The position numbers were made by a program, and so were the translations under genes. A stretch of 57,027 bases of DNA from the NCBI GenBank assembly GCA_041742175.1, contig JBGSJB010000168.1, positions 1 through 57,027 of the forward strand, written 5' to 3'. Positions 56,993-57,027 of the stretch are shown piece after piece. Positions within the stretch are counted from its first letter, which is position 1. Every line of letters begins with the position of its first letter. The stretch comes from Pirellulaceae bacterium (GTDB lineage Bacteria > Planctomycetota > Planctomycetia > Pirellulales > Pirellulaceae). The notes beneath the pieces are model-generated. The model worked only from the letters and a program-made list of their open reading frames with translations, ran no database searches and was not told where the DNA came from.

Positions 56993-57027
56993 ATGTCGCT
57001 CCCCGAAGAACTGGACAAGTTTCCTGA
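56993..57027 (+). CDS. 5' end of a divergent gene truncated by the window edge (MSLPEELDKFP...)
   Basis: ATG preceded by GAGAGGA and open to the window end. Confidence 0.35.
   Translation, partial: MSLPEELDKFP

Noticed and set aside
56818-57018. 66-aa minus ORF or T-box leader upstream of ileS
   Set aside because: No T-box consensus seen and the ORF has no recognisable features; it overlaps a more plausible divergent start at 56993.
1-57027. tRNA, rRNA, CRISPR arrays, integrase or DDE IS elements
   Set aside because: None recognised by eye; a covariance-model scan would be needed to exclude small RNAs.

Overview
The window looks like a chromosomal segment from a planctomycete, probably Pirellulaceae-like. 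The taxonomic call is inferred from planctomycete-type families: a 'RLQIETLEDRKLL' extracellular signal, dockerin, BBP7 porin, DUF4058 and PEP-CTERM proteins. From left to right it holds: a DUF62 SAM hydrolase; a pilus-N/BON protein plus a BBP7 beta-barrel; an ~11 kb minus-strand putative metal-homeostasis block (COG0523 GTPase, His-rich lipoprotein, atypical prepilin peptidase, DUF2946-like RGPP leader, DUF58, Cys-less transglutaminase, MoxR, His lipoprotein, DUF318 permease); decayed HTH genes; an HDAC-family protein; a RAYT transposase flanked by REPs; DUF4058; a membrane protein; a cyclic beta-1,2-glucan synthase divergent from an ABC exporter and a K+ channel; a three-gene surface operon (PEP-CTERM, ~3140-aa ELWxxDGT/cadherin/Calx-beta/dockerin protein, cohesin-like PEP-CTERM) divergent from tandem XRE-SnoaL regulators, one of them frameshifted; a secreted transglutaminase; DUF2200; DinB; an arsC-like/arsR/acr3 module; purN; and ileS. 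The best candidates for undescribed systems are (i) a PEP-CTERM-anchored cohesin-like partner for a dockerin-tailed giant adhesin, with phased operator repeats, and (ii) the metal block, which may be controlled by an RGPP ribosome-arrest leader and contains two enzymes with substituted catalytic residues. All family calls come from motif recognition by eye; no searches were run.
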